64,000 nucleotides of DNA from IMG/VR virus record IMGVR_UViG_2728369134_000004, positions 1-64,000 of that record. One strand, written 5' to 3'. The notes beneath the pieces were generated by a model, which did no database searches, had not been told where the DNA came from, and saw only the letters and a program-made list of their open reading frames with translations. How positions within the stretch are numbered: the stretch's first letter is position 1; each line of letters opens with the position of its first letter. The position numbers and the translations under genes were made by a program. The DNA comes from a virus (Duplodnaviria > Caudoviricetes). This document shows positions 1 to 8,224 of the stretch, piece by piece.

Positions 1-288
1 TTATCTCCAACGCCACGCAATTGTTGTATCCTCCATATGAATAGCAGGTATATCAATCCCTAAATACCGCTGAGCATCCTCATCAAAAATAGACCAATTT
101 TCTTCATATAAAAATTCAGGGTCTATGCTTTCAAAATCAAATATACTATCTTCGTCTACCATCTCACGAAAATATTTTTGGAAAGGCTTACTATTCTCGA
201 ATAAACGAATTGTTCCATACATCCATGGCATGTCTCCAAAAACATCTTTAATTTCACCTATCTCCATATCCTTAAAATACAACTTCAT
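1..288 (-). CDS. Hypothetical protein, host chromosome downstream of gerE
   Basis: 95-aa ORF with RBS-like GAAGGTG; lies outside the att site. Confidence 0.6.
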   Translation of the reverse strand: MKLYFKDMEIGEIKDVFGDMPWMYGTIRLFENSKPFQKYFREMVDEDSIFDFESIDPEFLYEENWSIFDEDAQRYLGIDIPAIHMEDTTIAWRWR

Positions 289-407
289 ATTTGCACCTTC
301 TTATCCATGAATGACAAGGACACCTCATCATATGTTAAAATGGTTATTTTTAACACATCTTCTCCCTCACAGTCTGAGATACCTTTTTTAAGTTCAAAAT
401 ATAAACA

Positions 408-447
408 GAAAAATAGCCGACTCTCTTATAAAAGTCGGCTTTCTTTT
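408..447 (-). terminator. Rho-independent terminator after gerE (possibly bidirectional)
   Basis: Stem AGCCGACT(415-422)/AGTCGGCT(433-440) flanked by A and T tracts, directly after the gerE stop. Confidence 0.7.
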
Positions 448-529
448 TATAACTCGAGCTCTCCCATACGAAGAAGCTCAACAACTGCTTGTGAACGTCC
501 TTTAACCCCTAGCTTTTGCATTGCGTTTG
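447..529 (-). pseudogene. gerE: 3' half of gerE (LuxR-type late mother-cell regulator), split by the prophage
   Basis: Minus strand reads NAMQKLGVKGRSQAVVELLRMGELEL*, the GerE C-terminus; upstream, the expected ...RNHIS is replaced by phage DNA. Confidence 0.93.
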
Positions 530-549
530 TTATGCATAATTGTAGCTAG
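509..549. other. Prophage attachment junction (attL/attR) of the serine integrase
   Basis: TGCAT(517-521)/ATGCA(532-536) dyad centred on 526-527, where gerE homology ends; outer CTAGC/GCTAG motifs; 6 bp from the integrase stop. Confidence 0.8.
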
Positions 550-555
550 TAAAGA

Positions 556-2010
556 CTACATTTCTATCCTGTAGACGATTTTTATATCCCCGTTCTCAAA
601 TATCTCAATCCTATCTATAATCCGCTTAAACTCTTCGTACAAGTTCTTATTTTCGTCTAACAAAGCAAAAGCTTTTCTAAATTCATCTTGAGTTCGTTTA
701 ACTTCGTTCTTATCTTCCATCGATACAAATTGAACTTCTTTTTCTTTTATAATCTTTTCTAATTCGTTACGACGACTCAAAAATTCTTCTTTTTCAATAA
801 GTTCTTCCATATATAAATCAATCAGTTTTTTTCTTTTTTCTTCAATTCTCTGTATTTCTCTTTGTAATTTGTTTTTCTTATCTGCATTTGAAATTTCTTC
901 ATTCAAATTAAATTCCGTTTCTAACTGTTTTTCTTTTTCTTTCAAATTATCTAGTATAAACTCACGAAATTCACGATATTGAATTGGAGCGTGGCGTACA
1001 CATTCGTCTCTTCCGTATCGTTTATATCTAGAGCATTTTAAGTATCTCCATTCTTCCTTAGTTCCATCTTTCTTTTTCTTAGCACTATATATAACTTGCA
1101 TTGCTGAGCCACAATGCGCACAAAACATGATTCCTCGGAATTCATTCCATAATGCGGGCCTTCTCTTTTTAGCAGAACGTGGCTTATTTACTAATTCCCA
1201 CTGCTTCTCAGATACAATGGCCGGATGATGATTTTTAAATATTGTCCATTTTTCTTCAGGATTTTTTATTTGTTTCTTACGCCCTGAAATCTTTACTGTA
1301 GTGTACTGATTTAATATATAGTCACCTTTATAAATTGGATTCTTAATAATCCTTTGCACAGAAGACATTTGCCATTTACCGCCAGTTTTTGATGGAATGC
1401 CTCTTTCATTTAATATTTTTGCAATTCCTATATACCCAATTCCTTTTGAATACATATCATAGATTTCTCTAACAATCTCGGCTTCTTCCTCGTTAATTAT
1501 ATACTTCTTATCCCGATCAGAGTAACCAAAAGGCAAACGCCCACCTGTATGCTCGCCTCTCCTAACTTTAGCTGATAAAGCTGCCGATATAGATACGGAT
1601 AAAGTTTTCGGATATTGCGATGCGAACATAGCAAACATTTCAAACTTCATATCGTTTTTTCCTTCATAATGGCTATCGTATCCCTCTTCGATTGTGACTA
1701 ATCGAATTCCATTAGCGATAAGTATTTCTTTAATCTCTAGAGCATCTTTTAAATCACGTGCTAAACGATGAATTGATTTGAATAATACCATCTGTAATTC
1801 ACGTTTTTTCGCTTTCTCTAGTATAAGTTGCATTGCATGTCGTTCTAATAAAACCGTGCCTGTAATACCATCATCAAAATATATTGAGTTTTCATCCCAA
1901 TCATACCCATGCTGATCTAACCAATATCGACATACATCGATTTGATTTTCTACAGATGAGACTTGTTCGTCCCTGTCTGTAGATACCCGAACATAAACTG
2001 CATACTTCAA
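556..2010 (-). CDS. Large serine recombinase (phage integrase)
   Basis: YVRVST catalytic motif, recombinase domain (PFGY), CAHCG zinc ribbon, coiled coil; 484 aa. Confidence 0.95.
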   Translation of the reverse strand: MKYAVYVRVSTDRDEQVSSVENQIDVCRYWLDQHGYDWDENSIYFDDGITGTVLLERHAMQLILEKAKKRELQMVLFKSIHRLARDLKDALEIKEILIANGIRLVTIEEGYDSHYEGKNDMKFEMFAMFASQYPKTLSVSISAALSAKVRRGEHTGGRLPFGYSDRDKKYIINEEEAEIVREIYDMYSKGIGYIGIAKILNERGIPSKTGGKWQMSSVQRIIKNPIYKGDYILNQYTTVKISGRKKQIKNPEEKWTIFKNHHPAIVSEKQWELVNKPRSAKKRRPALWNEFRGIMFCAHCGSAMQVIYSAKKKKDGTKEEWRYLKCSRYKRYGRDECVRHAPIQYREFREFILDNLKEKEKQLETEFNLNEEISNADKKNKLQREIQRIEEKRKKLIDLYMEELIEKEEFLSRRNELEKIIKEKEVQFVSMEDKNEVKRTQDEFRKAFALLDENKNLYEEFKRIIDRIEIFENGDIKIVYRIEM

Positions 2011-2107
2011 TCAAATCACCATCTTTACTAGTTATAATTACTCATATCAATAAAATGTGAATGATTAAAGTATACAAACAAAATCTCATCCCTACAATCC
2101 TTTTTAC

Positions 2108-2971
2108 TTATTCTGTAAGCCAATCATATAAGGCGTCTCTACACTCTTTTCTTCTTTCCACTACAAATTTACTTTCAACAATCCTATAAAAATAACCTTC
2201 AAAAGTGCTTCTAATTTTATTTGCTTTTTCTGCGAAAACAGTTTCTTTGAATGCTTGGATGGCTTGATTTATCACTTGTTCAATAGGCTTGTCTATTTTT
2301 GAACGTTTATAAGCCATTAATACTCGATGATACAGTTTATAAATTTTATCTGCTGATTTGAAGAATGGAGCTACCTCATCTCTAAATTGGCTTGGTACAT
2401 TTTCTGGTGTAAAAGTTTCATCCAGATCCTCTAATTCGATTTCTTTAGATTCCCTTGCTGACGTTTCTTTTACGTTTAATTCGTTTTTTAATTCTTCTAG
2501 AGGGTGTGATTCAGAAAGTTTAGCTTCCTTGTCCGTTTTTGTATCTGAAACCTTTGATTCTGTAAGGTTTTCTTCATCTTGTCGCTGTGACATTTTCGGT
2601 AGGACATTCGGTGTGACACTATATTTTTTTAGAAGGACATAGACGTTATGTCCGTTCCCTCCACGTAATTTTCCTTCCGTTCGAATTGTTTTATGTCTAG
2701 TTACTACTTCAAAATCCTCTAATACTTTTAGTACCCTGCGAACAGTTCGATCACTTATATTTAATGCCTCCGCAATTGTCCCTACCTTCAAGAAAGAGAC
2801 ACCTGGGATTTTACAAGAGTGCCTTGCTAGAAATTTCAATACTTTTATTGCTGATTCGGATAATTCATGTGTATGTTTGTATAAAAAAGAACAAATCGCT
2901 TCATTCATCTCTTCTACTGATCGGAATGATTGTAATTTTTTATATTGCGTATAGTTTGCTGAGCTAAGCAT
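2108..2971 (-). CDS. HTH-domain (Rep-like) phage protein
   Basis: TIAEALNISDRTVRRVLKVLE winged HTH; conserved position next to the integrase in Wbeta-like phages. Confidence 0.75.
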   Translation of the reverse strand: MLSSANYTQYKKLQSFRSVEEMNEAICSFLYKHTHELSESAIKVLKFLARHSCKIPGVSFLKVGTIAEALNISDRTVRRVLKVLEDFEVVTRHKTIRTEGKLRGGNGHNVYVLLKKYSVTPNVLPKMSQRQDEENLTESKVSDTKTDKEAKLSESHPLEELKNELNVKETSARESKEIELEDLDETFTPENVPSQFRDEVAPFFKSADKIYKLYHRVLMAYKRSKIDKPIEQVINQAIQAFKETVFAEKANKIRSTFEGYFYRIVESKFVVERRKECRDALYDWLTE

Positions 2972-2983
2972 TTTCTCCCCTCC

Positions 2984-3103
2984 TTATATAAGAGCAATAA
3001 TCATATCGATTAAAAATAAAATCGTAGATATACTGAAGAAACCATAAAACCAAATGCAATCTGATTTACTTTCTAAACCAAAATAATCATTTACTCGATT
3101 CAT
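2984..3103 (-). CDS. 39-aa membrane peptide (DUF3961-like), not in ORF track
   Basis: MNRVNDYFGLESKSDCIWFYGFFSISTILFLIDMIIALI*, preceded by AGGAGG. Confidence 0.7.
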   Translation of the reverse strand: MNRVNDYFGLESKSDCIWFYGFFSISTILFLIDMIIALI

Positions 3104-3122
3104 AATTGTTCCTCCTTTTAAG

Positions 3123-3191
3123 TTCAACTAAATTAGTTCAACTATTTAAGTTGAATTATAACTCTCTAATTATTCAACGTCAATAGTTGAA
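3123..3191. promoter_or_regulatory. Three TTCAAC-N7-GTTGAA operator palindromes
   Basis: 3123-3141 (one mismatch), 3137-3155 and 3173-3191, between divergent genes. Confidence 0.65.
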
Positions 3192-3266
3192 CGAAAAAAG
3201 TTTTACTAATTTCGATTGATGTTGTAAAATGAGTACAAGATAACCAGTGCTGCGGAGGAGAATAAA

Positions 3267-3503
3267 ATGAAATTCACACTCGGAAATTCTTTAGATGAAT
3301 TGGGGATCACCAAAAATAAGTTATCTACAGAATCCCAAGTAAGATACAACACGATTAGTGATTTAGTGAATGGTAACGCTAATGCTGTTCGTTTTGATTC
3401 GCTTGAAGCTATCATTGATGCTTTAAATACCATTGCTGCAGAAAAAGGGATTAATAAAATTTACAAAATAGACGACGTAATACAATACATAAAAAAGAGC
3501 TAA
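3267..3503 (+). CDS. Cro/C1-type HTH regulator
   Basis: GITKNKLSTESQVRYNTISDLVNG HTH; GGAGG RBS. Confidence 0.85.
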   Translation: MKFTLGNSLDELGITKNKLSTESQVRYNTISDLVNGNANAVRFDSLEAIIDALNTIAAEKGINKIYKIDDVIQYIKKS

Positions 3504-3536
3504 TCATTCGAAAATGATCAGCTCTTTTTTTCATCA

Positions 3537-4169
3537 TTAAGTAGCAGCGATTACATATACTTTTACAAACACATTATATTTATTTGCCAGTTCTTCTAAT
3601 TTCTTTTCTCTATATTTTGTGATTGTAAAGAAATGAATAACTGGCACTTTCCCGTTATGCTTCTGTTTATAAATCTGCGTTAACTCCTCATATTTTTTTA
3701 ATTTTTCATCGTTTACTATCATTTTCTGAGTACGATCTATTTCTACAGCATGAAGTATTCTGTCCTCATCACGAAATTTCACATCTGGAATTATTTTTTT
3801 CTTTTTATTATCCTTTATATATTTAATTTCCGTTTCTACTTGCCAATCATCTGGACAATATAAATTTAACCAAGCTTCATTACGTAAAAGAGCGTGTGCA
3901 ACTTTACCATGATGTACAACTTTCCCTTCGCCAAACAACTTATGTCCTGATTGGTTTAAATAATATACATGCTCTTTATTGTAAACTACCTTACTTGTAT
4001 AAGTAGATAAATCTTTCATAATTCGATTTGCATTTCTTATTCCGCCCATTTCATGAACACTCATTAAATGCCTTCTCGTTGCAAACTGTAGCTTTCTAAT
4101 CGTCGCAAGTATCGCCATTTGGCGGTTGATTTGCATATGTGTTTGCATCCTCATGTTTCTCCACCTCAT
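3537..4169 (-). CDS. Replication-relaxation (Replic_Relax) family protein
   Basis: N-terminal wHTH plus PD-(D/E)xK-like IPD...AVEIDR; follows FtsK as in Wbeta-like phages. Confidence 0.8.
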   Translation of the reverse strand: MRWRNMRMQTHMQINRQMAILATIRKLQFATRRHLMSVHEMGGIRNANRIMKDLSTYTSKVVYNKEHVYYLNQSGHKLFGEGKVVHHGKVAHALLRNEAWLNLYCPDDWQVETEIKYIKDNKKKKIIPDVKFRDEDRILHAVEIDRTQKMIVNDEKLKKYEELTQIYKQKHNGKVPVIHFFTITKYREKKLEELANKYNVFVKVYVIAAT

Positions 4170-5385
4170 ATCCTTTTAAATGCTCCCACATCATCTCGTT
4201 ACTAATGTAAGGCACTTGTATTTCTGTAAGTCTATCGGTTTTGAAAATTGCGCGTCCGGGAATGCTTTCTATCGTTTCTAATCCTGCTTCATCTATAACA
4301 ACACTTGAAGCTGTTTGAGTCGGTAATCTAAAGCCTAATTTCGCATCACTATTTTGTTTCACTTGGCGCGGTAATGTATCCCCTGTCGGGTACTGTGTAC
4401 AAAAAATCAATCTAAACCCTAAAGCGCCCCCTATGCGTGCTATATGAGAGAGCATTTGTTGACATGCTCCCAATAACCTTTGTTGTTCTTTTTTCATACT
4501 TTTATCTGGGCAAAGTTCAGCACCTTCATCTACTATAATGAAATAGCGCTCTTTGATATTTGTTTCTACAACGTTTGTATAATGTCTATCTTTCATGTAT
4601 TTCATTTTCTCTTCCATCTTCTCAAGAATATTATTTAGTATCATAAAAGCTTCTGTGGGCTTTTCAGCAATAGAAACTATTTGTTTTAAATTCTTATACG
4701 GCCCAAACTCCAAACCACCTTTTAAATCAATAATGTATAAATTAATATGTTCTGGTTGTGCTGTAATAAGAGAGGTAACGACATTTTTCAAAAAGACTGT
4801 TTTCCCCATCCTCGTTAATCCACCTAACGTCATATGAGGCGTTTTATCAAAATCATGATAAATAAGTTTTTCTAAACTTTGGCCCATTGGAACACACCAG
4901 TTTCCTTCTGCCACCAAATCTTTAGACCATGACCATTTTTTCGGTATATCTCTATGAAACACACGAATATTTAACTTGTAATTATCATAATCAATTCGGA
5001 CAGGTTTACTTAGCCCTTCAGAGACAACATCCTCGACCTTCTGAATAATTTTACTTGGCATTCCTACAGGCAAACGATATATATAAGTTGTACTTCGATC
5101 ATCCTCTTTTTGTTCAAGAAAAACTGGATACTGTAATCTGTCCTCTCTGCGTATCGCAATTCCGCTTACTTCAAAAAAAACTTGTATTTTCTTTCGATCA
5201 CTCTCTCTTTCTTTGAACCTTTCGCCAAATATAGCGAAAATTAAACCTGCGAATGGTACTGATAATAACTCCAGCATAAAATCACTCCTTATATCCCTCT
5301 TATAGAGGGTATATATCCCTGTTTCAAGGAATACGTGCATACAAGCTAAACTCCTTATGGCATAAGGGATAAAAAGTTTCCACAT
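4096..5385 (-). CDS. FtsK/SpoIIIE family ATPase (true start probably ~5277, MLELL)
   Basis: Walker A GGLTRMGKT, Walker B IIVDE, TQYP motif, N-terminal TM segment. Confidence 0.9.
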   Translation of the reverse strand: MWKLFIPYAIRSLACMHVFLETGIYTLYKRDIRSDFMLELLSVPFAGLIFAIFGERFKERESDRKKIQVFFEVSGIAIRREDRLQYPVFLEQKEDDRSTTYIYRLPVGMPSKIIQKVEDVVSEGLSKPVRIDYDNYKLNIRVFHRDIPKKWSWSKDLVAEGNWCVPMGQSLEKLIYHDFDKTPHMTLGGLTRMGKTVFLKNVVTSLITAQPEHINLYIIDLKGGLEFGPYKNLKQIVSIAEKPTEAFMILNNILEKMEEKMKYMKDRHYTNVVETNIKERYFIIVDEGAELCPDKSMKKEQQRLLGACQQMLSHIARIGGALGFRLIFCTQYPTGDTLPRQVKQNSDAKLGFRLPTQTASSVVIDEAGLETIESIPGRAIFKTDRLTEIQVPYISNEMMWEHLKGYEVEKHEDANTYANQPPNGDTCDD

Positions 5386-5394
5386 CGTATTCCT

Positions 5395-5577
5395 TCATAG
5401 AAATAAAACGAGAACATAACGTAGAAGGTATAGGAACGAGCCTGTAAGTGTTGTGTACAAGGTGACACGTGGAAGCCAATGTGGAACACTTTTCCCCATT
5501 TTTTCTGCAACCTTCATCGTAATGACTGACAAGCCTGTCGCTGTCCAAATAATTACCGCTTCCCCTGCAAGTGTCAT
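5395..5577 (-). CDS. Small two-TM membrane protein of the FtsK operon
   Basis: 60 aa, hydrophobic, GGAGG RBS. Confidence 0.7.
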   Translation of the reverse strand: MTLAGEAVIIWTATGLSVITMKVAEKMGKSVPHWLPRVTLYTTLTGSFLYLLRYVLVLFL

Positions 5578-5579
5578 GA

Positions 5580-5882
5580 TTATTCCTCCTCTTCCTTTTC
5601 ACGAAAGGCAATACCTTTTCTTGTAAGAACCACATCATAACAATCCATTAAAATTTCCCAGTTTAAAATATCTTCTTCCTCACCATATAGATCTTCTTCT
5701 AATGCCTGCGACAAACTGAAATATCCTTTATATTCTTTTCGATCATAAACTTCATGATTTTTCATGTGATTTAGAATAGATTCTGTTTCTTTTGTAGACC
5801 TTGATTCGTTATACATTTGACGTAATTCTTTTGAAGGATGTAAATATGGAGTTGTGTTTAAATGATTATACTGCCAACGCAT
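5580..5882 (-). CDS. Hypothetical protein, first gene of the FtsK operon
   Basis: 100-aa ORF with RBS. Confidence 0.7.
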   Translation of the reverse strand: MRWQYNHLNTTPYLHPSKELRQMYNESRSTKETESILNHMKNHEVYDRKEYKGYFSLSQALEEDLYGEEEDILNWEILMDCYDVVLTRKGIAFREKEEEE

Positions 5883-6040
5883 ATAGACCTCTCCCCTTTT
5901 GTTGTCTCTTCTTCCTTGTAGCCTTCCAAGTGGAAGTAATATAGGTATATGAACTAGAAAACAAAAACTTGTTTGTCCAACAACAAAAAATCAAAAGGTT
6001 TTTCAAAAGATTGATTGAATGTTTTAAAGGGAGGGATTTT

Positions 6041-6235
6041 ATGGAGTGTAAATTAAAAATAATTTTAGCTGATAGAATGATTAAACAATCTGCATTAGCA
6101 AAAAGAGCTGGCATAACGGATCAAACATTAAGTATGATAGTTAGAGGGAAAAGCGAACCGACATTACGAGTTGCTATGCGTATAGCAAAAGCGCTTGATA
6201 TGAAGGTTGAGGATATATGGAAAGACATTGATTAA
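6041..6235 (+). CDS. XRE/Cro HTH regulator
   Basis: QSALAKRAGITDQTLSMIVRGKSEP; GGGAGG RBS before ATG 6041. Confidence 0.85.
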   Translation: MECKLKIILADRMIKQSALAKRAGITDQTLSMIVRGKSEPTLRVAMRIAKALDMKVEDIWKDID

Positions 6236-6290
6236 GTTTTCAACTTTTGCATTGTTCGGTATGATTTATTTAATTTAAGGAGGCTATTTT

Positions 6291-6617
6291 ATGGAGTTAC
6301 GTAAAACTGCTGACGGGGAAACCTTTATTATCGAATTACAAGAAAAGAAAAGTTCTGCCGGTAATCAATTAAAAAGATTTATATATTTCTCAATCGGCAT
6401 ATTCGGTCTACTTATCTCAGTAGCATTATTCTTTACTATCATCGGAATTTTACCTGCTATCGGTTTAGCGTTTTTCTCAGTTATTTTCATGTATAAAGCG
6501 ATGGGGAAACAACTTGTGAAATGTCCTAACTGTAGTAAAAAACAAACTGTTATACATAAAGCTGAAGCTTTTATTTGTCATAGATGTAATAAACGTACTT
6601 TGATTGAATGGAAATAA
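6291..6617 (+). CDS. Membrane protein with C-terminal zinc ribbon
   Basis: Two TM segments followed by CPNC...CHRC. Confidence 0.75.
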   Translation: MELRKTADGETFIIELQEKKSSAGNQLKRFIYFSIGIFGLLISVALFFTIIGILPAIGLAFFSVIFMYKAMGKQLVKCPNCSKKQTVIHKAEAFICHRCNKRTLIEWK

Positions 6618-6619
6618 TA

Positions 6620-6660
6620 AAAAAAGAGGGATTCCCAATAAGTTGGGAATCCCTCTTTTC
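6620..6660. terminator. Bidirectional terminator
   Basis: AAAAGAGGGATTCCCAA/TTGGGAATCCCTCTTTT perfect stem between convergent genes. Confidence 0.85.
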
Positions 6661-7714
6661 ACTTCACATACACATAGGCTTCATTTGCTGTAATATAGTA
6701 TGTCGTCCCTTTACTATTGTGCACTTTGTATTGTGAGGAACCATTTACCGTTACCGTTGCATCAATTGTAAAGCCTAATCCAGTATCTACAGTACCTGCG
6801 ACATACTTATCTTCCCACGATGGAGCGCTGTAAAATCTGAGATTATTCACTTTCGACACTACACGTTTTCCAGCAACTGAACTTACAGACTCTTTCTTTT
6901 CAAATCGGATATACGATGGATTATATTTTACCCACTGATCTCCACCTAAATTTAACCATCCGTCCTTTTCTCCCCAAACTTTATAAGCCTCTGGTTTATT
7001 TAATTGACGAATAACAGAATAGCTTGCATCTGGACCTTTGCGTAAATTTACACTATATCCTTCAATGTAAGCTACACCTTCTACATTGGCTGTTGGTTTT
7101 TCCGCTGGTTTAGAAGGCTGTTTAGGAATAGAAATATCTGTATTATTATAAGCACGTTTTACATCCGCTCGGAATTGCGCTTCAGATACACCGTGTTTTT
7201 TTAGATAATCCAGTGGATCAGTGTGAGTTGTTCCACCAAGATATTTCCTTACGTCATCATGTGTCCATAATCCTTTTTCTACTGAAAGTCCACGATCACG
7301 TAAAATTTTCGCTAGTAATTTTACATACTTGTCATAGCTTCGCTTAAACTTGCTATAATCTGAAGTCTCGCAAAGTTCAACATGTACAAAACGTGCGTTA
7401 GCAGCTGGCCCAGCGCCATACGCAATATAACGTGTATCTGCAATTTGAATGACTTCATCCCAATCAACTGCATAATGTACAAATGCATTTCTCCAAGTAC
7501 GTGTTTCATAACGTTGGATATTGATTGCTGGAGCTTCTGGAGTCGCTGTACTATGTGCAACTACACCTTCATACGCTCCTACTCCATTTCTATATCCCTG
7601 TTTCGGTAAATCAGGAATGATTAATATTCTGTCAGCAAAAGCACTTGTTGTAATGGATAACGCTAGAATAGCTGTAAGAACTATAGAAGAAATGTGTTTT
7701 AATGTCTTTTTCAT
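6659..7714 (-). CDS. Endolysin: N-acetylmuramoyl-L-alanine amidase (Amidase_2) with signal peptide and SH3-type binding domains
   Basis: AHSTA...FVHY...VELCE...HTDP; N-terminal MKK-hydrophobic-AFA. Confidence 0.92.
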   Translation of the reverse strand: MKKTLKHISSIVLTAILALSITTSAFADRILIIPDLPKQGYRNGVGAYEGVVAHSTATPEAPAINIQRYETRTWRNAFVHYAVDWDEVIQIADTRYIAYGAGPAANARFVHVELCETSDYSKFKRSYDKYVKLLAKILRDRGLSVEKGLWTHDDVRKYLGGTTHTDPLDYLKKHGVSEAQFRADVKRAYNNTDISIPKQPSKPAEKPTANVEGVAYIEGYSVNLRKGPDASYSVIRQLNKPEAYKVWGEKDGWLNLGGDQWVKYNPSYIRFEKKESVSSVAGKRVVSKVNNLRFYSAPSWEDKYVAGTVDTGLGFTIDATVTVNGSSQYKVHNSKGTTYYITANEAYVYVK

Positions 7715-7950
7715 TTTACATCAGCATCCTTTTTCATAATTTTTGTGTGGTCAAACAGTCCACTTGCTGACAGTCCGATGATGATTCCTTGAAATACATT
7801 TGTTTTGACATCTCCATCCAAAAATAAAACGCCTAGCACAATGCCAAGCGTTAAATTTAATAACGGAACATATTTTGTTTGTAATCCAACTGTTTTTACG
7901 ATTTGTGAAAGACCAACTACAATACCAATCATTACAGCTAAACTAACCAT
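7711..7950 (-). CDS. Holin
   Basis: ~79 aa (MVSLAVMIG...), three hydrophobic segments, GLSASGLFD motif, upstream of the lysin. Confidence 0.85.
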   Translation of the reverse strand: MVSLAVMIGIVVGLSQIVKTVGLQTKYVPLLNLTLGIVLGVLFLDGDVKTNVFQGIIIGLSASGLFDHTKIMKKDADVK

Positions 7951-8195
7951 TACATACCACCTCCTTTCATTAAGAAAGTGAGAATACCACCAATAATTCC
8001 ACCAACTATAAGTCGTAAAATCCAAGTAGTATTGGCGCTGATTTTATCTAACTGTTTGTTGATATTAATAATGTCTTTTTCGTTACCTGTTGTGCGTATT
8101 TCTAAGCTTTTCACTTCTAATCTTATTTCCTTAATTTCTTGCTTGATTTCTTGAACATCACTTCTTACTTCTTGTAATCCTTCCACTTTGATCAC
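7950..8195 (-). CDS. XhlA-like membrane protein
   Basis: Coiled coil plus C-terminal TM (WILRLIVGGIIG). Confidence 0.8.
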   Translation of the reverse strand: MIKVEGLQEVRSDVQEIKQEIKEIRLEVKSLEIRTTGNEKDIININKQLDKISANTTWILRLIVGGIIGGILTFLMKGGGM

Positions 8196-8224
8196 CTCTT
8201 TTTAGACAATAAAAAAAGACCAGC

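Noticed and set aside
307-549. 80-aa + strand ORF and the many short antisense ORFs inside long genes
   Set aside because: Shadows of minus-strand genes or of the gerE fragment; no RBS or recognisable motifs
5935-5975. Sigma-K/E-like promoter (CATATACCT) for the FtsK operon
   Set aside because: The -35 spacing does not fit well; too weak to call
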